Shown here one piece after another: positions 1 through 8,932 of a stretch of DNA of 64,000 bases. The notes under the pieces are model-generated. The model had not been told where the DNA came from. It saw only the letters and a list, made by a program, of their open reading frames with translations, and ran no database searches. Source of the DNA: Candidatus Magasanikbacteria bacterium RIFOXYD1_FULL_40_23 (GTDB lineage Bacteria; Patescibacteriota; Patescibacteriia; Magasanikbacterales; GWA2-37-8); assembly GCA_001783215.1 (NCBI GenBank), contig MFRA01000005.1, positions 254,322 to 318,321 on the forward strand, in the 5' to 3' direction. The position numbers and the translations under genes are program-made. Numbering within the stretch: position 1 is the first letter of the stretch; every line of letters starts with the position of its first letter.

Positions 1-1
1 G

Positions 2-3000
2 GTGGCGTTGTCTTCTTGTATGGAAGGTGAAATTCCTTGGATTTTGCGCAAAGAAGACAATTATGAAAAAGCCAAAAAAGTAGCTTTGGAATACCAAGAT
101 ATTTTTGGGGAAGAAAATTTTTATTTGGAATTAATGGATTTGCCGGCGCTAGAAGGTCAGATGGATTTAAACACAAGGCTTATTGAATTATCCAAAGATA
201 CCGGTATACCATTGGTAGTTACGCGTGATGTGCATTATTTGGAGCCAGACGATGCCGAAGCTCAAGATATACTTACATGTATTCGAGATGGACGAACGCT
301 CGACGAAGACAATCGTATTAGTATGAGCGGAGTGGATTATTCTTTTGTGGCGCCCAAAGAAATTATAAATCGTTTTAAACATGTTCCGGAAGCAGTAAGT
401 AATACTGTAAAAATTGCGGAGCGGGTAAACTTAACCATAGAACTAAACAAATGGCATTTTCCTGCTTTGGATATTCCAGATGGCAAGACCGCCGACGATT
501 ATTTACGTGAGCAGGTGTATGAAAAATTACCGCAGCGCATAGAAATGACAGAGGAAGTAAAAAAACGCGCAGATTATGAATTGGGTATTATTGCGACCAA
601 AGGTTATTCGCCATATTTTTTATGCGTGGCCGACTATATTGGTTATGCCAGAGACAATCGTATTATGGTGACCACCCGTGGTTCGGCAGCCGGTTCGGTA
701 GTGTCGTTTGCTATGGGGATTGTGATGGATAATCCGCTTTATTTTAAATTACCATTTGAAAGATTTTTGAATCCTTTTCGCCCTAGTCCGCCAGATATCG
801 ACGGTGACTTTGCCGATGACAAACGCGATGAGATGATTGCCTATGTAACCAAAAAATATGGGGCCGACAAGGTGGCTCAAATTATTACTTTTGGTACGAT
901 GGCGGCGCGCGGAGCTGTGCGAGATGTGGGTCGCGCCCTGGGTTATTCTTATTCTTTTTGTGATCAGGTATCCAAACTTATTCCATTTGGCGCGCAAGGG
1001 TTTCAGATGACGCTGCTAAAAGCGCTAGACTTGGAGCCGGAGTTAAAAAAATTATATCAAAAAAATGCAGAAGTAAAACGATTAATTGATTTGGCGCAAA
1101 AAGTAGAAGGTTGTGCTCGTCATACTTCTATTCATGCGGCCGGTGTTGTTATTTCTCCAACACCGCTTACAGATTTTACACCGGTGCAGCTGGAAACCGG
1201 GGGAGACAAAGTAGTAACTCAATACGAAATGCATTCAGTAGAGGCTGCCGGAGTTTTGAAAATGGATTTTTTGGGTATTCGTAACTTATCTATTTTAGGA
1301 AATGCCATTGAAATTATCGAAAAAACTACAGGTCAAAAAATAAATGTATATAATTTATATCCTTGGAACGATGCAAAGACATATGAGATGTTGGCGCGCG
1401 GAGAAACCGTAGGTGTGTTTCAACTTTCTAGTTCTGGTATGACCAGGTACCTCAAAGAGCTTAAGCCAGCTTCTATTTTTGATATCATGGCGATGGTGGC
1501 CTTATTTCGTCCTGGCCCTATGGACTCTATTCCAGACTATATTCAAAGAAAAAATAATCCAGATTTAATCCAGTACGAAGACCAAAGAATGAAAGAATAC
1601 CTCGATCAGTCACTGGGGCTTATTGTTTACCAAGACGATGTTTTGCTTACTGCTATAAATTTGGCCGGTTATAACTGGGAAGAAGCAGATAAATTCCGTA
1701 AAGCCATGGGTAAGAAAATTCCCGAAGAAATGGCAAAGCAAAAAGAAAAGTTTTATAAAGGAGCCAAGGAATTTGGCAAAGTTCCATCCGAAAAAATCGA
1801 TAGGCTTTGGGAGAGAATTGAACCGTTTGCAGCGTATGGTTTTAATAAAGCCCATGCAGCCAGTTATGCGGTAGTGGCTTATCAAACTGCTTATCTAAAA
1901 GCCAACTTTCCGGTGCAGTATATGACCGCCGTTCTAATTGCAGAAAGTGGCGATATAGATAAAGTGCCGGAAATTATCCATGAATGTGAAAGAATGGGTG
2001 TAAAAGTTTTACCCCCAGATATAAATGAGAGCTTTAAAAACTTTGCCATGATTCCGGCCAAGGATGGCGAACCAGCCTACATCCGTTTTGGTTTAAACGG
2101 CATTAAAAATTTGGGAGAAAATATTGCTGAAGCTATTTATCGTGAGCGTAAAGAAAATGGCAGGTTCAAAGATCTCCAGAGCTTTTTAACTAGAGTAAGT
2201 CATAAAGATTTAAATAAGAAATCTTTAGAAAGCTTAATCAAGTGCGGCGCTTTAGATGGTTTTGATTACGATCGTGGATTTTTGTTTGGTAATATAGAAA
2301 ATATTTTATCTTTTGTTAAGCAGATTCGTGAGCATAGCTCGGTTAGTCAGCATTCTTTGTTTTCGGGCACCAGCATAGATATGTCTTCCAAATTAAAATT
2401 AGAAGAAAAACCAAACGCTACCGAAGCCGAAAAACTTTCTTGGGAAAAAGAGTTGCTTGGATTTTATATTACCTCCCATCCATTTAATGCCTATCAAAAA
2501 ATAATGAGTAGTGTGCTTATTCCTTTAAAAGATTTGTCTGGCCAACCTCGTAATACTTGGGTGGTGGTGGGTGGTATGTTGGATTCTACCAAGAAAAAAA
2601 TTACTCGTAGCGGCAAAGCTATGATGTTTGCCAAACTACTCGACACCACCAGCAGTTTGGAACTGTTGGTGTTTCCAAAAACTTATGAAACCACCAAGGA
2701 TATTTGGGTAGAGGGAAGGCCGGTTTGTGTGATTGGAAGAACTTCGGAAGAAGAAGGCGACGACAAATTATTTGTAGAAAAAGCTTATGTGCTTACTCCG
2801 GAAAATGCGGCCTTGCTTACCAAGCAAATGTCTTTTGGTAAAAGCCATGGTACCAAACCAATGCTCGATGCGCCAGATAAAGAATTCAAAGAAGTATTTG
2901 AAATTACGGTTAGTGCCGATCAAATAAAATCCAAAAGTGATATTATAAAAAGTATATTCGATAAGTTTCCTGGAGAAAAACAGGCCATTATTAAGGTCGG

Positions 3001-3079
3001 ATCAAAAATTATAAAAACTTCTTATAATGTAGACGGTTGTGAAGAGTTAAAAAAAGAACTCGAAGAAGCTCTTGTTTAA
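2..3079 (+). CDS. dnaE: DNA polymerase III alpha subunit (N-terminus lies outside the window)
   Basis: Rest of PHP domain, RGSAAGS, FERFLNP, catalytic PDIDGD, YGFNKAHA and C-terminal OB fold. The GTG at position 2 is internal. Confidence 0.97.
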   Translation: MALSSCMEGEIPWILRKEDNYEKAKKVALEYQDIFGEENFYLELMDLPALEGQMDLNTRLIELSKDTGIPLVVTRDVHYLEPDDAEAQDILTCIRDGRTLDEDNRISMSGVDYSFVAPKEIINRFKHVPEAVSNTVKIAERVNLTIELNKWHFPALDIPDGKTADDYLREQVYEKLPQRIEMTEEVKKRADYELGIIATKGYSPYFLCVADYIGYARDNRIMVTTRGSAAGSVVSFAMGIVMDNPLYFKLPFERFLNPFRPSPPDIDGDFADDKRDEMIAYVTKKYGADKVAQIITFGTMAARGAVRDVGRALGYSYSFCDQVSKLIPFGAQGFQMTLLKALDLEPELKKLYQKNAEVKRLIDLAQKVEGCARHTSIHAAGVVISPTPLTDFTPVQLETGGDKVVTQYEMHSVEAAGVLKMDFLGIRNLSILGNAIEIIEKTTGQKINVYNLYPWNDAKTYEMLARGETVGVFQLSSSGMTRYLKELKPASIFDIMAMVALFRPGPMDSIPDYIQRKNNPDLIQYEDQRMKEYLDQSLGLIVYQDDVLLTAINLAGYNWEEADKFRKAMGKKIPEEMAKQKEKFYKGAKEFGKVPSEKIDRLWERIEPFAAYGFNKAHAASYAVVAYQTAYLKANFPVQYMTAVLIAESGDIDKVPEIIHECERMGVKVLPPDINESFKNFAMIPAKDGEPAYIRFGLNGIKNLGENIAEAIYRERKENGRFKDLQSFLTRVSHKDLNKKSLESLIKCGALDGFDYDRGFLFGNIENILSFVKQIREHSSVSQHSLFSGTSIDMSSKLKLEEKPNATEAEKLSWEKELLGFYITSHPFNAYQKIMSSVLIPLKDLSGQPRNTWVVVGGMLDSTKKKITRSGKAMMFAKLLDTTSSLELLVFPKTYETTKDIWVEGRPVCVIGRTSEEEGDDKLFVEKAYVLTPENAALLTKQMSFGKSHGTKPMLDAPDKEFKEVFEITVSADQIKSKSDIIKSIFDKFPGEKQAIIKVGSKIIKTSYNVDGCEELKKELEEALV

Positions 3080-3086
3080 GAGTAGG

Positions 3087-4175
3087 TTATTTAGCTAGCT
3101 TCCAATTTGGATCGGCTTTTATTTTTTTCCAAGAAGTAAAATCTTTTTGTTTTGCGTGATGGTATCCGGCCACGGCAATCATAGCCCCATTATCCATAGA
3201 GTATTTTAGTTCTGGGAGTTGGAAGCGGGTGTTAGGGAAGTTGGCAGTAATTTCTGATTGTAGAGTTTCGCGCAGTTTTTTGTTGGCGCTTACTCCGCCG
3301 CATAGAATAATTGTTTTTGGTTTGTATTCTGCTGCAGCAGTCATAGTTTTGGCTACCAGCACATCTATAATCGCTTGCTCAAAACTGGCGCAGAAATCAT
3401 TTATATTCAAAGATTCTTTATTGTCACGCAGCCAATAAAGAGCGGAAGTTTTTAGGCCGGAAAAACTAAAATTATAATCTTTGCTGTTAAGCATCGGTCT
3501 AGGGAATTTTATTGCTTCGGTGTTGCCAGTTAGTGCAAGTTTAGAAATTTGCGGTCCGCCAGGGTAGGGTAGTCCGATTAATTTTGCACCTTTATCAAAA
3601 CATTCTCCGGCCGCATCGTCTATGGTAGCGCCAAGCAGTTTGTATTTGCCGTGATCTTTCATAATAATAAGTTCGGTGTGTCCGCCGCTTACCACCAAAC
3701 ATAGAGCTGGAAATTGTAAATCCGTTTTGTCATTCTGAGGCGCAGACGAAGAATCCCTTTTGTCCGACCGAGAGGGATCCTTCACTCTGTTCAGGATGAC
3801 AGTGTCGTAGTTTTTTATTTGGGTAGAATAAATATGTCCTTCTATATGGTTTGTAGAAACCAAAGGCAGGTCTGTTATATAAGACAGTGTGCGGGCAGCT
3901 TCTACACCTACCAATAATCCAGTGATAAGTCCTGGTCCAGAAGTAACAGCTACAGCGTCTGGTTTTGGTTGATTTTCTAACACCGCTTCTATAAGCGGTA
4001 CAATTTTTTCGGCATGCATACGGCCGGCAATTTCTGGAACTACGCCGCCATATTTTTTGTGTACATCAATTTGAGAAGCGGTTTTTTCGGACAAAATAAA
4101 ACAGCCTTTATCGGAGCAGTCTAGCAAGGCTACGGAAGTGTCATCACAAGATGATTCAATACCGAGTATTCGCAT
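3087..4175 (-). CDS. tsaD: tRNA N6-threonylcarbamoyltransferase TsaD, carrying an in-frame palindromic insertion
   Basis: MRILGIESSCDDT, GGVVPEIA, HIEGH, LVVSGGHT, DDAAGECFDK, FSFSGLKT and DNGAMIA motifs. Start placed at ATG 4175. Confidence 0.96.
   Translation of the reverse strand: MRILGIESSCDDTSVALLDCSDKGCFILSEKTASQIDVHKKYGGVVPEIAGRMHAEKIVPLIEAVLENQPKPDAVAVTSGPGLITGLLVGVEAARTLSYITDLPLVSTNHIEGHIYSTQIKNYDTVILNRVKDPSRSDKRDSSSAPQNDKTDLQFPALCLVVSGGHTELIIMKDHGKYKLLGATIDDAAGECFDKGAKLIGLPYPGGPQISKLALTGNTEAIKFPRPMLNSKDYNFSFSGLKTSALYWLRDNKESLNINDFCASFEQAIIDVLVAKTMTAAAEYKPKTIILCGGVSANKKLRETLQSEITANFPNTRFQLPELKYSMDNGAMIAVAGYHHAKQKDFTSWKKIKADPNWKLAK
3729..3800. repeat. GTCAT...ATGAC palindromic element, copy 1 (72 bp, in frame in tsaD)
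   Basis: GTCATTCTGAG...GAAGAATCCC...GGGATCCTTC...TCAGGATGAC; encodes VILNRVKDPSRSDKRDSSSAPQND. Confidence 0.9.
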
Positions 4176-4440
4176 ATTTATAACCAAGTTTGTCTAGGAT
4201 ATGTGCAAGTTGAATTTTTAATTCAGAGTGTCCCTTACCACCTTTTAGGTATTTTTCTCTTTGTCGAGCATCGTCTTCGTGTAAATATCCTTCGTAATAA
4301 ATTAGACGTATAGGCCTTCTATGTTTAGTTGCTAAAACAAACCCAGATTTATGTTTAAGTATTCTCTTTTTTAAATCGGAAGTAAACCCAATATAAAGTT
4401 TACCATCTTTTTGGCAATACAAAATATATACGTAGTACAT
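4156..4440 (-). CDS. Small stand-alone GIY-YIG nuclease family protein
   Basis: YYVYIL...LYIGFT..L..R...H and A..RE..LK pattern, 94 aa; overlaps the tsaD start. Confidence 0.9.
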   Translation of the reverse strand: MYYVYILYCQKDGKLYIGFTSDLKKRILKHKSGFVLATKHRRPIRLIYYEGYLHEDDARQREKYLKGGKGHSELKIQLAHILDKLGYKYANTRY

Positions 4441-4467
4441 ACCTTTATCCTGGTGTCGCGCGTTAGT

Positions 4468-4504
4468 GGCACGCTTAGCGTGCCTATAACGACGCTAAGC
4501 GTCG
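4468..4504. repeat. Twin mini-hairpin element ACGC-TTA-GCGT / ACGC-TAA-GCGT, copy 1
   Basis: GGCACGCTTAGCGTGCC followed by CGACGCTAAGCGTCG; second copy at 23967-24003. Confidence 0.75.
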
Positions 4505-4578
4505 TGTCAAGGGAGAGATTTGAACTCTCGACCTCAGCGTTATGAATGCTGCGCTCTTACCAACTGAGCTACCCTGAC
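4505..4578 (-). tRNA. tRNA with CAT anticodon (elongator Met, or Ile2)
   Basis: Reverse complement GTCAGGG...TAGCTCAGTTGGTAAGAGC...CAGCA-TTCATAA-CGCTG...GAGAGTTCAAATCTCTC-CCTTGAC-A folds as a cloverleaf. Lacks initiator hallmarks; CCA not encoded. Confidence 0.93.
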
Positions 4579-4591
4579 TTTTCTGGTGTAA

Positions 4592-4620
4592 ATAATACTA
4601 AAATTACGCTTAAAAGTCAA
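4592..4620 (-). promoter_or_regulatory. Sigma70-type promoter for tRNA-Met
   Basis: TTGACT-17 nt-TATTAT on the minus strand. Confidence 0.7.
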
Positions 4621-4683
4621 CCCTGTTGCCATCTTATAAATTTATTAGGCCGGCATGTTTTATTCATGACGGCCATTGCTATT

Positions 4684-5157
4684 TTACTCATTTCCATTTT
4701 TATCCGTATCAAATATTTTGTTTCGCCATCTAGAAAGAGTGGTGGGCAGTTTTGTCCCCATCATTACCGACGTAAAGGAGATGCAAAACGACACTAGAAA
4801 ATCAGATTCCCACACTCCCTTTGGTTTACCTAGCATCGGCCAGATTCCTAGTATTTCTATTGGGTAAAATATCACAAGCGTTAGCAGCTGCTTTCTTATC
4901 AGTTCCCACCAATCAAAATTTGGCGTGTCAAAGTGCTTGCCCCATCTTTCGGCCAGGATAGCCAGAGGAGCTATTACCATGCCAGTAATATAGGCACAGT
5001 TGAACGGAAGTTTGGGGATAGATGACCAGTGTATACTGATCATGATTGTGTAGTAAACAGCCAGCGCCATCAAAAGAATGATCGTTCTTACGAGTTTGTT
5101 TTGCATTATTTTTCTCGACTTGCTTGTCCAAATGTATCGTACCCCTATATAATACAT
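4684..5157 (-). CDS. Hypothetical membrane protein (start may be ATG 5106)
   Basis: ORF with about 4 hydrophobic segments; hairpin at 4648-4674 downstream. Confidence 0.55.
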   Translation of the reverse strand: MYYIGVRYIWTSKSRKIMQNKLVRTIILLMALAVYYTIMISIHWSSIPKLPFNCAYITGMVIAPLAILAERWGKHFDTPNFDWWELIRKQLLTLVIFYPIEILGIWPMLGKPKGVWESDFLVSFCISFTSVMMGTKLPTTLSRWRNKIFDTDKNGNE

Positions 5158-5227
5158 AATGTCCAGAATATTATTACCGTTGCCCGATAATAATTAGCTG
5201 GATGAAGTATCGCAGAGGAGTAAGATA

Positions 5228-5860
5228 ATGCGCGTTCTTTTTATCATCGCAGTAGCGATAGCCTCTCTTTGGTTGGGTGGCTGTGGAACAGGTAAGGCAT
5301 ATGTAAATTTGCGTAAGCCAATTTATTTGGTAACGGAGGATAGTTTTTTCACGGGCTGTGAAAAAGACCCTGCTGGTTCGGGTGCGTGTCGGGAGTCTCG
5401 TAGCCAGATAGTAAGGGATGGTGTAATGTTGTGGCTTAATCACTTCGAAAAGGATGTTCGTCCTTTTGTGGGGATTGTGTCCAATAGAGACCTTGTACCA
5501 TTTGGTACAACCAACCAGCCTATCCATATCATGGTGATGCCAGGTGGTTGTGATGAGGTATCAAAGAAGAAGACCATTTTGGCTTGTTATTTTGGCGGAG
5601 ATTGGTTTTCAGAACCGCATATAAATTTTACCAATACTGCTCCAGACCATATTGCTGCCAATGTGGTGGCTCACGAGTTTGGGCATGCGCTATTGGGTTC
5701 GGAGCACTATGACAATGAAGATGGCACTTTGTCTATTATGTCGGAGGCCGTGCCAATTGGCGGCGTCGTGGTTTCTACCGACATAGACCGTCTTTGCTGG
5801 ATTCACAAGGAATGCCCAAAACGCAAGCCTGTGCCTAAGAGTGGTAAAGGTACGAAATGA
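5228..5860 (+). CDS. Lipoprotein zinc metallopeptidase (metzincin/matrixin-like)
   Basis: Signal peptide with lipobox LGGC; HEFGHALLGSEH zinc motif and SIM Met-turn. Confidence 0.75.
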   Translation: MRVLFIIAVAIASLWLGGCGTGKAYVNLRKPIYLVTEDSFFTGCEKDPAGSGACRESRSQIVRDGVMLWLNHFEKDVRPFVGIVSNRDLVPFGTTNQPIHIMVMPGGCDEVSKKKTILACYFGGDWFSEPHINFTNTAPDHIAANVVAHEFGHALLGSEHYDNEDGTLSIMSEAVPIGGVVVSTDIDRLCWIHKECPKRKPVPKSGKGTK

Positions 5861-5946
5861 CAGAAATGGAGAATCCCCAAAAATTGTTAGTTGGATTAGT
5901 CCTAGGTATATGTAAATACCAGGACTTTTGTTTTTCGGGTAATTCA

Positions 5947-5975
5947 TTGACTTTTTTCTCTAAATATAGTAGAAT
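5947..5975 (+). promoter_or_regulatory. Sigma70-type promoter for tRNA-Glu
   Basis: TTGACT-17 nt-TAGAAT. Confidence 0.7.
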
Positions 5976-5990
5976 ATTTTCACAATTAAT

Positions 5991-6062
5991 GGTCTCATCG
6001 TCTAATGGTTAGGACATTGCCCTTTCAAGGCGAAAATACGGGTTCAATTCCCGTTGGGACTA
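5991..6062 (+). tRNA. tRNA-Glu(TTC)
   Basis: GGTCTCA/TGGGACT acceptor stem, D arm GTCT-AATGGTT-AGGAC, anticodon loop CT-TTC-AA, T arm ACGGG-TTCAATT-CCCGT. Confidence 0.95.
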
Positions 6063-6101
6063 CAAATAAAAACAGGCACTTTGGTGTCTGTTTTTATTTG
6101 T
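6062..6101 (+). terminator. Intrinsic terminator after tRNA-Glu
   Basis: ACAAATAAAAACAGGCAC-TTTG-GTGTCTGTTTTTATTTGT. Confidence 0.75.
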
Positions 6102-6104
6102 TAT

Positions 6105-6233
6105 GGGCATCAACGGGAATTGAAGGGAAAGGGTGAAAACGGGAGTTTTCACTTTGCCGAGGAAAGTTCATGAAAACCCGAAGGTTTTTATGAGAGCCCG
6201 CTTGCGGGCGATCAATGCCCTAGTTGGGACTAC
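6105..6233. repeat. tRNA-associated multi-hairpin element bounded by copies of tRNA-Glu 3' sequence
   Basis: 6111-6124 is the exact reverse complement of tRNA 6043-6056. 6223-6233 repeats tRNA 3' end 6053-6063. Three internal hairpins. Confidence 0.7.
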
Positions 6234-6268
6234 TTAACAAAACACCATCACTAATATGATGGTGTTTT
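6229..6268. repeat. Left direct repeat (terminator-like) of the two-gene cassette
   Basis: Matches 8870-8911 with 2 substitutions and a 2-nt indel. Confidence 0.8.
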
Positions 6269-6481
6269 CGTGTAAGGTTACAGGCGTAATTGAGTTTGCC
6301 ACTTCACTTTTTTCTTTTTTAAGACTATTTTAGATTTTTGTTCGTTTCTTCTCTTTGTTGACAGGCAAATAACGGTTTGATTCCGGCTGGACTCTGGTCA
6401 TAAAAATAAGTATATTACTTGCAGATACTTTGTGATTAAGATAGTATAAAGTCCAAAGTATCAAATTTAAGATTAAATGGT

Positions 6482-7387
6482 ATGGGTGAAATTTATACAC
6501 AAACATTAAAATATTTCTACATTGCGATTATTAGATTTTTGCCGCTTTTGAAAACGCTCGAAGTATCTGTGTTAGAGAAAAATGATAAAGCAGAAGTATC
6601 AGATCTTATTGAAATGTATTCAGACATAGAAGTACAGATCGACAAACTTGGTTTGAGTTTTCGTGAACCAAATAAGCGACACCTTGGGGAGCCAGTTGAA
6701 GTAAAAAACTGGTTGGATGAAGGTGTAATAGAAAATTTAAGCAGACTATCTATTCGTCTTTTAATTTCATGGAAAGAAGAGTTAAAAAATTTGCAAGAAA
6801 AAAAATATCTTACTGATGGAAACAAAGAAAGAATTAGTTATTTGGAAGACCGTATCTGGCCACTTGAGGCTTTATCCAAAGACCCTAATTACGTTATTGG
6901 TAAGTATGCTGATAAAGGACCCTTGGAATTTCCCGGTGAAAATAAGGTAAAAAAATCTAGTCCAGAAGTCATAGTTGAAGATGGAAAAGGGATTATTTTT
7001 TCCAAGGACCTAACATCTAAAATATCTGCCGATTTAGGAGGGCTGTGTAATGAGTTTAATTTTAATTATCAAAATAAAAAACCAAATGCAGGATTGCTTC
7101 TATTAAGGCGAATTTTACCCTTGGCCATTGTGCGTAAATTTCAAGCTCTGAATAGAGAGCTTGAAATTAAAAAGCCAGATGGTGATTTTTTAGACACAAA
7201 AGGTTTACTCGGACAAGTTGAAAAGTTACTTAGCAACAAGCGAATTTATAAAGAAATTGAGGGGTATAAGTTATTGATTGATAGTTCTCAGCATTCTTAC
7301 TCTCTAAATGTGGACGATTCGGATGTAGAGGGTGCCGCTATCAAGATTAGAGTTCTGTTGGATGATTTATTTTACAACCATAAGTGA
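6482..7387 (+). CDS. Hypothetical protein with a C-terminal HEPN/DUF4145-like helical domain
   Basis: C-terminal pattern LCNEFN..Y....PNAGLLLLRRIL...IKKPDGDF...SQH; family assignment by eye. Confidence 0.55.
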   Translation: MGEIYTQTLKYFYIAIIRFLPLLKTLEVSVLEKNDKAEVSDLIEMYSDIEVQIDKLGLSFREPNKRHLGEPVEVKNWLDEGVIENLSRLSIRLLISWKEELKNLQEKKYLTDGNKERISYLEDRIWPLEALSKDPNYVIGKYADKGPLEFPGENKVKKSSPEVIVEDGKGIIFSKDLTSKISADLGGLCNEFNFNYQNKKPNAGLLLLRRILPLAIVRKFQALNRELEIKKPDGDFLDTKGLLGQVEKLLSNKRIYKEIEGYKLLIDSSQHSYSLNVDDSDVEGAAIKIRVLLDDLFYNHK

Positions 7388-8823
7388 TTGTTATGCTAAA
7401 CGCTGATCAAGTTAAAAAGGACTATCAAAATTTAAAGCCATTTTATGAAAAATTTCAGACGGAAGTCTGTGGTTTTCTTTTAACTGTTAAAGAAAAACAC
7501 GCTGCTTCAGTTGACGTATCTTCCATTTTGGAAAGGCAGGATGGGATAAAGAAGCTTGAATCAATTGAGGATAATATACGAGAAAAGCCAGAAAAATATC
7601 AGGATTTAAATGAATTGTCCCAAATTAATGATGTGGCGGGCGTTCGCATTACCTGCCATTGTCAAAGTGATCGCGAGGTTCTTTTTAATATATTGGGTGG
7701 TGAGATTTTGCAGCAGCAGGAATATATTGATGTGGATGGTCAGGAGAAGGACGGCATTTATCGAGCCTATCACTATAATTTTAGTAAGATTTTTGATACT
7801 CCTATAGGCAGAAAAAAGCTTTCGTGTGAAGTGCAGCTCAGGACCGTGTTGGGCGATGCTTGGGCAAAGCAAGATACAAAGTATGTATATAAAAAGATTA
7901 GTGAAGGTGAGCCGCATGTTCTGTCTAAGGCAATTTCTGATATTTTAAACAGCTGTGAGGCATTGTGGGATTTGGTAAAGGAAAAAACTAGAACAGATTC
8001 TGGTGATTCTAAAAGACCGCAAGCTGAAATTATTAAATTGAGTGAAAAAATTAAGATGGTTGGAGATCAGATAAAAATAAAAGAAAAAGATAGTAATTTA
8101 ACGGAATGGCTTAAACATCATCAGTTAGTAGCTAAAAAGGGTTTAACCGACGCTGAGGTTATTACTTTTATGGAGGTAGAAATACTATTGCCGTTAAGTG
8201 AGCTAAACTTGGCTAAAACAAAGCTCAATGATGTGGCTAGAGAAGCACCTATACGTACTTTTGGTTGGCCGATAGCGCTCTATTTGGAAAGGGATGAGTA
8301 CAGACCGAAGGTTTTAAAGGACGGTATTGTGGCTGAAATAAAAACAAATGATCGTGATCTTAACGGGAAACATAGGGCATGGACTTATGACTACTGGACA
8401 ATACGTACAGATGGATCCTTTTATCTAGCTAAAAGCCTTTTTGAAAATACAAGGAAACCAACACACATATTTTTTGATACGCGAATTATTCGTACTACAG
8501 AAGTATTAATGTATGCTTTAAATCTTTATTCTGCTCTTGGTGTTCCGGAAGATCAGAGGCTTACCGTAAAAATACGGTATAGTGGTATCAATGGTAAAAA
8601 ATTAGGTGCCGCTGGTAACAGGCTGATTCATGATTATCGTATTTGTCATGAAAATGATATTGAAATGGAGATAACAGCAAGTATGAAAGAACTAAGTGAA
8701 GAAATGAGTGTTTGCGTTGGAAAGCTAACAGCACCACTATTTGAGCTCTTTGATTTTTTTGCCGTTAGTCAAGAAGTTTTATATGGGATAGTTAATAATT
8801 ACCGAAAGGGGATTATTACCTAG
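7384..8823 (+). CDS. RelA/SpoT synthetase-domain protein (SAS-like) fused to an uncharacterised C-terminal domain
   Basis: DVAGVRI, YRAYHY, EVQLRT...AWA...YK synthetase motifs; no HD hydrolase domain. Overlaps the upstream stop (start GTG 7384 or ATG 7393). Confidence 0.85.
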   Translation: MIVMLNADQVKKDYQNLKPFYEKFQTEVCGFLLTVKEKHAASVDVSSILERQDGIKKLESIEDNIREKPEKYQDLNELSQINDVAGVRITCHCQSDREVLFNILGGEILQQQEYIDVDGQEKDGIYRAYHYNFSKIFDTPIGRKKLSCEVQLRTVLGDAWAKQDTKYVYKKISEGEPHVLSKAISDILNSCEALWDLVKEKTRTDSGDSKRPQAEIIKLSEKIKMVGDQIKIKEKDSNLTEWLKHHQLVAKKGLTDAEVITFMEVEILLPLSELNLAKTKLNDVAREAPIRTFGWPIALYLERDEYRPKVLKDGIVAEIKTNDRDLNGKHRAWTYDYWTIRTDGSFYLAKSLFENTRKPTHIFFDTRIIRTTEVLMYALNLYSALGVPEDQRLTVKIRYSGINGKKLGAAGNRLIHDYRICHENDIEMEITASMKELSEEMSVCVGKLTAPLFELFDFFAVSQEVLYGIVNNYRKGIIT

Positions 8824-8869
8824 GTTATTCAGCGGAGGTTAAAAAAGTTTGCCAAGTGTCTTGATCAAC

Positions 8870-8911
8870 ACTACTTAACAAAAAACACCTTCACTAAAAT
8901 GATGGTGTTTT
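8870..8911. repeat. Right direct repeat of the cassette; also a bidirectional terminator
   Basis: ACTACTTAACAAAAAACACCTTCACTAAAATGATGGTGTTTT, lying between convergent genes. Confidence 0.8.
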
Positions 8912-8932
8912 TGTTATTAATGAATTAAATTT

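Noticed and set aside
2-3079. Intein or split in DnaE
   Set aside because: Motif spacing looks normal and no intein terminal motifs are evident; the short N-terminus is due to the window edge.
6062-8911. Prophage or integrase-encoding island at tRNA-Glu
   Set aside because: No integrase, transposase or phage gene is recognisable; only the repeats and cargo genes are reported.
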